The notes under the pieces are model-generated. The model saw nothing but the letters and a program-made list of their open reading frames with translations, made no database searches and was not told the DNA's origin. The position numbers were made by a program, and so were the translations under genes. Shown here piece after piece: positions 42,332-50,742 of a DNA stretch of 64,000 nucleotides (the first letter of the stretch is position 1; each line of letters begins with the position of its first letter). The stretch is taken from NCBI RefSeq assembly GCF_026891035.1, contig NZ_JAPTGG010000008.1, positions 157,497 through 221,496 of the forward strand, in the 5' to 3' direction. This DNA comes from Dasania phycosphaerae. Lineage in GTDB: Bacteria > Pseudomonadota > Gammaproteobacteria > Pseudomonadales > Dasaniaceae.

Positions 42332-44947
42332 TTAGCCTTGCCCCGTGAGTTGAAAGGCCGCCCAGTAAAAAGGGTGGTTGTTGCTACTGTTTATCATTTG
42401 CTGCTGTGCACTGCGCAGAGCCTGGCCGTAGTTTTGCTGGCTAATCCCTTGATAAAATAAATTCATAAGTTGTTGGGTGCCGCTGTCGTCTACTTTCCAT
42501 AGGCTGGCGATAATGTTGTCGCTGCCGGCGTATAAAAAGCCGCGGGTTAAACCTATGACTTCGTCACCGTTGGCCAAGCTGCCCAGGCCGGTTTCGCAGG
42601 CGGATAGCACAACTAGGCTGGCGTTGAGTTGTAGTTGGTAAACCTCACCCATAGTTAGTTCGCCATCATTGCTGGCGTCTTTGGCTAACAGCAGGCGTGA
42701 TTGCTGAGCCCGGCGGCTGTTAAATTCGCCATGTGAGGCTATGTGTAAAATACCGTATTGCTGGCCTTGTTGTTTGAGCAGGGTTTCTGTTGCCTGTTGT
42801 TGGGTCACTATAGCGCTGTTATTGATGAGTGTAGCGATGCGTTTAACCTCTTGCTCGGCACCGGGCAAATCTACGGTGGGGTTGCCCATAGCTAATAGGG
42901 AGTGCTGCTTGTTAGCGCTATCACGGTTGAGGAATGCCGCCACACTGGCGCTGGGTAGGTGGCTAATAGCCCTTTGTTCAATCAAAAACTGTTGGCCGCT
43001 GTGTAGCGAGGCAAAGGGTAGGTAGTGCAAAGCGCCACTGGCAACGATGGTGAGTTCGGCGTGATCGTTTAATTGTAGCGGGCTAATAAGCTCTTGATAG
43101 AGTTGCTGCGAGAGTTGCTTATAGCGCTGGCTGTTTTTATTTTGTAATTGTTTTCTATAGTCGCTAATGCGTAAGTTTAGTTGTGCCGCATTAAGCTTAA
43201 GCGTTTGTATGTTATTAGCGGTGACTTTAAAGGCATACCATTGGTCATCTAATTCAAGATATTCCACCAACACTTGTGTAGGGCTGAGTAAGGCTTGCAG
43301 CTCTTGTGCGTTAAAAGGCGTAACGGTGGTTAGTGATTGGGTTTCTATTTGTTTGATAGCGGCACGATCGCGGCGGCTATTTTTTAAACCGCGTAGGCCA
43401 GTACTGGTAGCGGCAGTGGCTGCGGGCTGCGGGTTAAAAGCTAGCGGCGCTAGGCTAATGCTGTTGGGCAGTTGTTCGCGTCGGGCTTGGCTGTCGGCTA
43501 GCATATCTACTAACGCGCGGCTGCGTGCGCGCTCAGCCGTTACAAAGGCTTGCTCATCGCGGCCTAGTTTTATAAGCAGGGCTATGGCGCGTTGATAGGC
43601 GCTGGCTTTGTCGCCAACAAAACCAATTTTTTGAGATTCTACCGAGATATTGCCACGGCTATTTTCTACTAGCTGCATGGCCAGTTCATAAGCCTGTAAG
43701 GCGGCGGCTAGTTGCCCTTGCTGCTCAAGGGCATAGCCTTTTTGGTAGGCGCTTAACCAGCGGATTTCGCTAAAGGAGGCGCTATCTCCATCGTTAAGGA
43801 TATTGTTGGCGTGTTTTAGGCTCAGTGCCCAATCTTTATTGTTAGCGGCAATGAGTGCTAATTGTAACTGCTCCCTAAACTGTAAGCCGGTAAACAGCCG
43901 TTCGGTCAGCGCGTCTAAACCATAGTTTGCGCTAAACCCCGCCATTTTGGCGAAAGCCCCGTTGCTATTAAAACCGCTTAGGGCTGTGACAAAGTCACCT
44001 ACTGCCAGCACGGCGCTGCTGCCCACTGCGAAATAGCCCATTAGGGTTTGGCCTATTTCGCTGGCGCTTATTGTCATGGGGCGCATGTGTTGATAGTCAC
44101 CCAGTTCAAACAATACGGTGTTGAGGTAATACTGCCTGGCCCGCTGAAAGCTGTTGTGTATATCGCCGCCATCGCTGGTTTTGTGTAGCCGAGTAATTGT
44201 TTTTATATGTTCGGCGGCTAGTTGCGGGCGACCTAAACGAATTTCACTTTGGGCCGCTAGCGTGGCGCTCATTAATATATCGTAGGACCAGTGAAATTTT
44301 TCATTGCCGCCGGGCAGGGCATAATCATCGCTGCTGCGTTTGCCTTGATTATCGGGCTGAGGGCCGCCAGCGTATACATACATAAAACTTAAATCGCTGC
44401 GCTGGCTAGGGGCCTGCCATTGTTGTTCGCCCAACTCATAATAATTTTTTAAAGCGCTGTTGGCGTGGTCTAGCGCCTGTGTATATTGCCCTAATTGAAA
44501 CCAGGCTTCAGCCAATAGGCGATGCTTGCGGGCTTCCACCTCTTGTGGAAATAGCGCGGTGGTATAGGGTGTTTCGGCAATTAAGGGCTGGCCGGCACGG
44601 GCATAGCTGGCGTACTCAGGGTATTGATTATGTTTGCGCATAAGGCCTAGGGTGAGGGCGAAAGAGCTGCGTTGCCACACCGCCATGCAATCATAAAACT
44701 GGCTGTAGTGGCCTAGGCTTAAATGGGCGTGGCACAGTGCATCTAAGCGGGTAATTTGGTCTGATAAATCGCGGGGCTGATAGCGTTGGGTTAAAGCCTG
44801 TAATTGCCCTTCATAATGTAACTCAGTGGGGGCCATCATGGCCTCGTCTGTGTCATCACTTAATAATGCCGGGTAGGGTGCGGCTAAGCTGACCGAGGCG
44901 GCAGTCAATAGAGGTAAAAATGAGGCTAACAACAGGGCTTTTTTCAT
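42332..44947 (-). CDS. Exported TPR-repeat CHAT-domain (caspase-like) protease
   Basis: 871 aa; cleavable signal peptide (MKKALLLASFLPLLTAASVSLAAP), central TPR-like helical repeats, C-terminal CHAT domain with His/Cys dyad context (ILHIASHGEF ... LVVLSACETG); start overlaps upstream lipoprotein gene (ATGA). Confidence 0.85.
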   Translation of the reverse strand: MKKALLLASFLPLLTAASVSLAAPYPALLSDDTDEAMMAPTELHYEGQLQALTQRYQPRDLSDQITRLDALCHAHLSLGHYSQFYDCMAVWQRSSFALTLGLMRKHNQYPEYASYARAGQPLIAETPYTTALFPQEVEARKHRLLAEAWFQLGQYTQALDHANSALKNYYELGEQQWQAPSQRSDLSFMYVYAGGPQPDNQGKRSSDDYALPGGNEKFHWSYDILMSATLAAQSEIRLGRPQLAAEHIKTITRLHKTSDGGDIHNSFQRARQYYLNTVLFELGDYQHMRPMTISASEIGQTLMGYFAVGSSAVLAVGDFVTALSGFNSNGAFAKMAGFSANYGLDALTERLFTGLQFREQLQLALIAANNKDWALSLKHANNILNDGDSASFSEIRWLSAYQKGYALEQQGQLAAALQAYELAMQLVENSRGNISVESQKIGFVGDKASAYQRAIALLIKLGRDEQAFVTAERARSRALVDMLADSQARREQLPNSISLAPLAFNPQPAATAATSTGLRGLKNSRRDRAAIKQIETQSLTTVTPFNAQELQALLSPTQVLVEYLELDDQWYAFKVTANNIQTLKLNAAQLNLRISDYRKQLQNKNSQRYKQLSQQLYQELISPLQLNDHAELTIVASGALHYLPFASLHSGQQFLIEQRAISHLPSASVAAFLNRDSANKQHSLLAMGNPTVDLPGAEQEVKRIATLINNSAIVTQQQATETLLKQQGQQYGILHIASHGEFNSRRAQQSRLLLAKDASNDGELTMGEVYQLQLNASLVVLSACETGLGSLANGDEVIGLTRGFLYAGSDNIIASLWKVDDSGTQQLMNLFYQGISQQNYGQALRSAQQQMINSSNNHPFYWAAFQLTGQG

Positions 44948-45525
44948 AGGGCTGCACTCACGCTAACAATTTTCTCAATCACGGCGTCTATAAAATTGGT
45001 TTTATTACGTACGCTGTTAATGGCAAAGAGGTTATTAATCTTTAACTCATCATCCATTGCGGTTAATTGCATGCGTTCTTCATGGCTAAAGGTTTTTTGC
45101 TGCTGTGCTTTGCTTAGTGTTATATCGCCAGCAATAACAATATCCGCTGTAGAAAAAGTGACTAAGGCTTTGAGTTCGCTAGTGATAGTGTCGCTAACAC
45201 GGTTTAGTTTTATGTGTAGGCTTTGCCATTGACAATCACTGTTGCTATTAATAGCTATACGGCCATCATGCTGTAGGTATTTTATAAACTGCTGCTTAAT
45301 CACGGAGTCCAAATGCTGGTGGCTGCTATCTATAAAAACGGGATCGCTAACACTTAGCTGAAACTGGCACACCTTAATAGCAGTTGCATTCGGGTGGGGC
45401 TGTGGCGCCATTAGGCCTATATGTTGTTGATAATAATTAAAATCAACGCAGCCGCTAAGTGCGCTGACTAATATTAGATAGCTACATAGACGGCTTAATG
45501 AATAGCGGGAAATAAGAGTTAACAT
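44944..45525 (-). CDS. Lipoprotein of unknown function (193 aa)
   Basis: Lipobox LSG-C after hydrophobic leader; translationally coupled to the CHAT gene. Confidence 0.65.
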   Translation of the reverse strand: MLTLISRYSLSRLCSYLILVSALSGCVDFNYYQQHIGLMAPQPHPNATAIKVCQFQLSVSDPVFIDSSHQHLDSVIKQQFIKYLQHDGRIAINSNSDCQWQSLHIKLNRVSDTITSELKALVTFSTADIVIAGDITLSKAQQQKTFSHEERMQLTAMDDELKINNLFAINSVRNKTNFIDAVIEKIVSVSAAL

Positions 45526-45576
45526 AGTAGAAGCCTAAGTATGAGGGTAGTTAACATAGCTATGGAATGAAACTGC

Positions 45577-47013
45577 TTAGCGACGCTGAGTAGTAAACAG
45601 TAGTACCGCTTCTGTGGCTGTACTCAGCTCTTGGCTGCTGGTTTTTTTCTTTTTTAAACCACGGGTTTGCATTACCGCCTGATTAATATTGTGGGATAGC
45701 ACATAGTACTCACTGCTGGGTTCATAGTTATAGCTGGGTAATTGATTAACCATGTCGCTGCGGCTGGCAATGACTTGTAAGCTTTCTACACCATAGGGTG
45801 GGGAAACAATAAAACTGCCTATAGAAACCCATTTATTTACTTCATCGGCATTCACATAGTAAACAAAGCGGCGATCGCCTTGGGCCTCGTTAATATCGAT
45901 CAGATAAGAGAGCTCGTTTTGTCCATTTTTAGTGTGGCCTACTACATAAAAATAGCCGGGCTTGTTCACTTTAATCAGTATTTCTATTTCTTCTCCATCT
46001 ACAAACAGCAATTGCCTTTGGCCCTTGTTGGTGGCTACTTGTACATTAAAATCGCTGGCTACTGCATAGCCTGCGTGTAATAGGCGGTCAAAGTCTGGCG
46101 CTATAGGTTTGGTGGCTAAATGTTGATAACTACTGGGTGCCAGCTGTGCCAAGCGACTGCTAATAATATTACCTTGGGTATCACTAAGCGTGTAATTAAC
46201 GCTAATACCTTGATCGTTAATTTGATATTCACCATTAAAAATATAGCGTGCTTGCTCTAGGTTATTGGCGCGCGCAAGTCGTTGGTTAATTTCTGTTAGC
46301 AGGGCGGCGGCAAAGGGGGTTATTTCCCTAGAGTGTTTTAAGGTGGCAGGCTGTGCATAGACCTGCCCCTGTGTTATTCCCTTGGTGAGTAGCTTGGCCG
46401 CTAGGCTTAAGCTAGGGGCGGCGGCCTCTAATTGCGCTAGCTGTAACTTAAGCTGCTGCGGGCTAATGCTGATAGGGGCGGGATGGTTTTGCGGGCTGAG
46501 ATAGAGCAAAACCGTGGCAAACTGCTCATAGCGCTGGTAATCGGCCAATAGCTTGAGTAGCTGGGGGTAGTGCTGCGTGCGGGGTATATTGGCTAAGGCC
46601 GCGTATTGTTGCTGAATTTGTTGGGCTAGCTGCTGGGTTTTAGCATGATACAAGCCGCTGGCTACTTGGCTGTCCATGTTGGCTTGGCATAGCTGGCCTT
46701 CGGGGCTGGGGTAGCAATCTAGCTCCACCCCTATCATGGGTAGGTTGCTGCTGCTGTGGCTGCTACTGCTAAAGTTGCTGGCACCGCTGCTGTCTTCTTG
46801 TAGCGTAGAGCTGCTTTCTATTTGCACAAAAATACTGCTGGCTAAGGCGCTAAGCGCTGCGTTTTTGGCGCTGGCTTCATCGCTGCCATAAGCTTGGGCG
46901 CTGAGTGTGCGAGCTTGGCTAAGGCTGTGGCAGGCGAGGATAAGGATTAGGCTAATGAGTGCTTTGCTAAAGCTGGGGCGGTTATGCGAAGTAATACGGC
47001 TAAACATCATCAT
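45577..47013 (-). CDS. Exported (lipobox ILAC) protein with Ser-rich linker and beta-rich C-terminal domain (DUF4384-like by recollection)
   Basis: 478 aa; first gene of the three-gene CHAT operon; C-terminal block QRQLLFVDGEEIEILIKVNKPGYFYVVGHTKNGQ...RFVYYVNADE resembles the domain family commonly fused/linked to CHAT/caspase proteins. Confidence 0.6.
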   Translation of the reverse strand: MMMFSRITSHNRPSFSKALISLILILACHSLSQARTLSAQAYGSDEASAKNAALSALASSIFVQIESSSTLQEDSSGASNFSSSSHSSSNLPMIGVELDCYPSPEGQLCQANMDSQVASGLYHAKTQQLAQQIQQQYAALANIPRTQHYPQLLKLLADYQRYEQFATVLLYLSPQNHPAPISISPQQLKLQLAQLEAAAPSLSLAAKLLTKGITQGQVYAQPATLKHSREITPFAAALLTEINQRLARANNLEQARYIFNGEYQINDQGISVNYTLSDTQGNIISSRLAQLAPSSYQHLATKPIAPDFDRLLHAGYAVASDFNVQVATNKGQRQLLFVDGEEIEILIKVNKPGYFYVVGHTKNGQNELSYLIDINEAQGDRRFVYYVNADEVNKWVSIGSFIVSPPYGVESLQVIASRSDMVNQLPSYNYEPSSEYYVLSHNINQAVMQTRGLKKKKTSSQELSTATEAVLLFTTQRR

Positions 47014-47150
47014 TCCATAAAAATGCCAAGGCTTAGGTGTTGCGCTGGCTGGTTATTATTCCTATACAGCTTAGCGTATTAATGGCGCTGTATGTTTTTA
47101 AAATAGCTGCGAATGCTCAAAAAACAAACGCCTTGTTATTGCTGGCCAGT

Positions 47151-47942
47151 CTAACGCACTAACTTATCTAGGTGTAACAAAAATAAATTGAATAACTCCG
47201 CCTGTGTGTTGATGTCTAGGCGTTCATAAATATTTTTTCTATGCACCTTCACTGTCGAGGGGCTGATATCCAAAGCCTTAGCCAGTGACTTGGAAGAGTG
47301 GCCCTGTAATATCAGTTGCGCTACCTGTTGCTCTCGTGGGGTTAGTTGTTCACTGCAAAAATTTTCAAAGGCGCTAGCTACTGGTGAGTGATCATTACTG
47401 TGCAGGGGGGGCTGTAGTGCATAAAACTGTTGCACCACAGCATTCAATAGCGGTGTGGTGGCGGCCAAACTGTTGAGGTTGTCACGGGTAAAAACCTCGT
47501 GGTGGTTACGGCGAGCTAGTGATATCACTAGGCTACTTTGTTGATCTACAGGTATAAAAATACCAAGTTCATCGGCTAGGTCCAGATCACGATAGTAAAG
47601 CTGAAAATACTCTGTGTCTTCAAAATTATCGGGGGCAAAGTCATCCAGATGATAAATACCATTAAGCTGTGGCTGTTTTATTAACTCGCTATAAAAAGGG
47701 TCTAATAAATATAGCCCTTGGGTGTATTTAATGACTGCCTTATGCCGCTTGGGGTTGGGGTAGTCATCGTAGAGTAGACTGGGTGCTTGTTGTGTTGAGT
47801 AAAGCAAAACAATGGCAGTATCAAACACTAACCACTGCTGAATAGCGTTAACCAGCTCGCCGGCCATATTGGGGGCTTGCTGGCTGAGTAAAGCCTGTGC
47901 CATGTGCTGGTGCCATTGTTGTAGTGCTGCAAGGTCGGGCAT
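47151..47942 (-). CDS. LuxR-family transcriptional regulator (C-terminal HTH)
   Basis: 263 aa; C-terminal LTPREQQVAQLILQGHSSKSLAKALDISPSTVKVHRKNIYERL LuxR/FixJ HTH; N-terminal domain of unknown type; directly upstream of the CHAT operon, divergent from aguB. Confidence 0.8.
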   Translation of the reverse strand: MPDLAALQQWHQHMAQALLSQQAPNMAGELVNAIQQWLVFDTAIVLLYSTQQAPSLLYDDYPNPKRHKAVIKYTQGLYLLDPFYSELIKQPQLNGIYHLDDFAPDNFEDTEYFQLYYRDLDLADELGIFIPVDQQSSLVISLARRNHHEVFTRDNLNSLAATTPLLNAVVQQFYALQPPLHSNDHSPVASAFENFCSEQLTPREQQVAQLILQGHSSKSLAKALDISPSTVKVHRKNIYERLDINTQAELFNLFLLHLDKLVR

Positions 47943-48132
47943 GGTTAACTCGATAGCGTTGAGGCTGCAAGGGCTTAGGCCTTGCTGTTATTTGGGTGTT
48001 ATTTTGTGGATACGGCTGTTTAAGCTGCAATACTGGCTAAATAAATTTGTAACCGTACCCCTATGGGACTATTCACCCAGCTTAAACCACTTTGTATAGT
48101 TATTTCAAATTGGTTTTATAGAGGTCATGCCA

Positions 48133-49031
48133 TGAGAGAAGTAACCGTAGCAGCAACCCAAATGACGGTAAGTTGGGATTTAGATGATAATGTTAATAAG
48201 GCTGAGCGTTTAATACGCGAAGCTGCCGCGAAAGGCGCTAATATAATTCTGATTCAGGAATTATTTGAAGCACCCTATTTTTGTATAGAGCAAGATGCAA
48301 AGCATTTTAAATTAGCGACCAGTTTAGAAGAAAACACCAACATCAAACGGTTTCAAGCCTTAGCCAAAGAGCTAAATGTGGTTTTGCCCTTTAGCTGGTT
48401 TGAAAAAGCGGGTAAGGCATTTTTTAACTCTATGGCAATGATAGATGCCGATGGCAGTATCTTAGGGGTATACCGTAAATCACATATACCCAATGGCCCC
48501 GGTTATCAAGAGAAGCAATACTTCAACCCCGGCGATACCGGTTTTAAAGTATGGGATACCCAGTTCGCGAAAGTGGGTGTGGGTATATGCTGGGATCAGT
48601 GGTTCCCCGAGTCGGCCCGCTGCATGGCCTTATTAGGTGCAGAAATTTTAATGTATCCTACGGCCATAGGTTCAGAGCCGCCACCAGCGCCACCGTTGGA
48701 TTCTCGCTATCACTGGCAACGGGTAATGCAAGGCCATGCCGGTGCTAACATCATGCCTTTAGTTGCCTCTAATCGCATAGGTATTGAGCGCGCTACTCAA
48801 GATGACAATTATGCCATTACCTTTTATGGCTCATCTTTTATCGCTGATTACACGGGCGAGAAAGTACAAGAGGCTAACGACAGCGATGAGACGGTATTGG
48901 TGCATACCTTTGATTTAGACGCTGTAGCCGAATATCGAGAAAGCTGGGGTGTTTACCGAGATAGACGTCCTGAGTTATATCAACCTATAGCGACTTTAGA
49001 TGGTCAGTTGCCACACCATGCTAGAAAATAA
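48133..49031 (+). CDS. aguB: N-carbamoylputrescine amidase (CN-hydrolase)
   Basis: ~299 aa from MREVTVAATQMTVSWDLD; collinear with P. aeruginosa AguB opening (TVATTQM.CSWDLD.N...AERL.REAAA.GA..IL.QELF..PYFCIEQD). Confidence 0.85.
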
Positions 49032-49051
49032 TTAGTTCCCCTTATATAAAT

Positions 49052-49086
49052 AACGGTCACATAGCTTGTGGCCGTTTTTTGGTTTT
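49052..49086 (+). terminator. Rho-independent terminator after aguB
   Basis: cggtcaca-tagct-tgtggccg stem followed by TTTTTTGGTTTT. Confidence 0.75.
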
Positions 49087-49520
49087 GGGATGATGGATTC
49101 CGGCTAACAGCCTGCCGGAATGACGGGGTGATGTTGGCTTACGAGTACGTCACCCCAAACTTGATTTGGGGTCCATGGGTGCCTAGGTATGCACAGCGGT
49201 GTTGATGGATTCCGGCTAACAGTCTGCCTGAATGACGGGGTGATATTGGAGTGCGGGTACGTCACCCCAAACTTGATTTGGGGTCCATGGGTGCCTAGGT
49301 ATGCGCAGCGGTGTTGATGGATTCCGGCTAACAGCCTGCCTGAATGACGGGGTGATATTGGAGTGCGGGTACGTCACCCCAAACTTGATTTGGGGTCCAT
49401 AGGTTACGTAGGTATGCACAGCGGTGTTGATGGATTCCGGCTAACAGCGTACCGGAATGACGGGGTGATGTTGGATTGAGGGTACGTCACCCCAAATTTG
49501 ATTTGGGGTCCATGGGTGAC
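49087..49520. repeat. Tandem array C of the same structured repeat family (4 units, period ~111-113 bp)
   Basis: gtcaccccaaa(c/t)ttgatttggggtcca recurs at 49152, 49263, 49375, 49488 with conserved gattccggctaacag(c/t)(c/g)t(g/a)cc(g/t)gaatgacggggtga between them. Confidence 0.9.
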
Positions 49521-49603
49521 TGGGCCGGGCCCATTTGGTTGTGGCTAATAGCATAGCGCAATGGCAACTGAGCCGGGTCAGTAAGCTAAGCCGATCTGGT
49601 GCT

Positions 49604-50017
49604 TTAAGCGTTGCTGGTTAGGGCTGTTCGCCAGTCGTCGGGCAGGGCGCTTACTTTTTGTTGCTGATAATCAAAATACACCAAGCCTGTTTTCGCATGA
49701 GCAATAGCGGCGCCGGTTTTTTTATTGGTAATGTTATAAAAAATATCACAGCCGTATTTATTAAAATCGCCCGCTGCTATATCAAAGCTTAAGATATCAC
49801 CGTAAAAACCTTCGCCTTTATAAATAATAGCCGAGTCGGTCATAATTATATGATCTTCGTTATAACCGTGGGCGGCTAAAAAATGTAACCTAGCTTCGTT
49901 GATTAATGCCAGCACGGCATAGTTGCTCATGTGGCCGCCATTGGTGTCGTTAACACGTACGGTTAATTCGGTGTTGAAAGTATAGTGCTCAGGCATATCT
50001 ATGCTAACCCGCGCCAT
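49604..50017 (-). CDS. Hotdog-fold acyl-CoA thioesterase (4HBT/YbgC-like)
   Basis: 137 aa; size and pattern of 4HBT thioesterases. Confidence 0.65.
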   Translation of the reverse strand: MARVSIDMPEHYTFNTELTVRVNDTNGGHMSNYAVLALINEARLHFLAAHGYNEDHIIMTDSAIIYKGEGFYGDILSFDIAAGDFNKYGCDIFYNITNKKTGAAIAHAKTGLVYFDYQQQKVSALPDDWRTALTSNA

Positions 50018-50059
50018 GGCTGTTTCCTTTTATCATTGTTTGTAGAATAAAAATATGTA

Positions 50060-50088
50060 ATACAAAACTCCCCGCTTAGCGGGGAGTG
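50060..50088 (-). terminator. Hairpin terminator downstream of the Cys-rich lipoprotein gene
   Basis: ctccccgc-ttag-gcggggag stem; on the minus strand followed by TTTTG and a U-rich tract. Confidence 0.5.
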
Positions 50089-50130
50089 GCAGAAAAGTTT
50101 AAACAAAGCTTGCAGCAAAGGCTACGCTTG

Positions 50131-50607
50131 TTACAAACATTTACATGAACAAGAGATAGGGTGGGACAAATCCGGCCGCACAATTTCACAACTGTATTTT
50201 TTACGGTTGGCACATACCGATGCCGATACGTCTCTAGAGGTACAGGTTAAATTGCTGGTATTGCCGGGGTAGCTTTGGCATTTTTTGTTGGGGTCTACAC
50301 AGCCGCTGGGGCATTGTGGGTCGGCATTGCCAGAGCAATTTAAGCTTACCCAAGCGCTGGTGGCTTTGCGTTTTGCTTTCTCTTCGTCGCAGTCTTCACC
50401 TCTGCCGGTGAGTTGCGAGTTGGGGGTATTGGGGTTGCCCGGCGAGCAAAAGCCGGCAGTTTTAGTGGGCGGGTTTATCTCTTGTTGTACCGGTGGTGGG
50501 TGTTTTTCGATTTCATTATTTGCAGGGCTGTTGTTACTAACGGGGTCGCAAGCGCTTAGCAGTACCGCGCTTAGGCTAATACTTAGTAGGGTTTTAAAAA
50601 AAGTCAT
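50131..50607 (-). CDS. Small Cys-rich lipoprotein of unknown function
   Basis: ~158 aa from MTFFKTLLSISLSAVLLSAC (lipobox); mature part Pro/Asn/Gly-rich with ~14 Cys (CSPGNPN..., CDEE, CSGNADPQCPSGC, CQSYPGN..LTCTS, CANRKKYSC, CSCKC). Confidence 0.55.
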   Translation of the reverse strand: MTFFKTLLSISLSAVLLSACDPVSNNSPANNEIEKHPPPVQQEINPPTKTAGFCSPGNPNTPNSQLTGRGEDCDEEKAKRKATSAWVSLNCSGNADPQCPSGCVDPNKKCQSYPGNTSNLTCTSRDVSASVCANRKKYSCEIVRPDLSHPISCSCKCL

Positions 50608-50742
50608 ATCACCGCTCCTGTTATCTTGTTGATATTTAGGTTGGGCGAGTAAAGGTCGATAAAACGGTAAATCCTCTGGTTTACTCAGGCTTACAGCGAT
50701 TAAATACTGCGCTAAATTGGCCTTAATGGCCAGCATCTTTTG

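Noticed and set aside
39220-49520. The three repeat arrays considered as CRISPR arrays or as an integron attC/VCR cassette array
   Set aside because: The sequence between the conserved hairpins is itself repeated from unit to unit, so there are no unique spacers, and no cas genes are present. The units are head-to-tail with no ORF cassettes between them, there is no intI, and no GTTRRRY core sites were recognised. They are better described as tandem structured intergenic repeats.
39127-50742. Prophage or integrative element interpretation of the accessory segment
   Set aside because: No integrase, transposase, phage structural genes or tRNA attachment site were found in the window. Only the repeat arrays and gene content suggest mobility.
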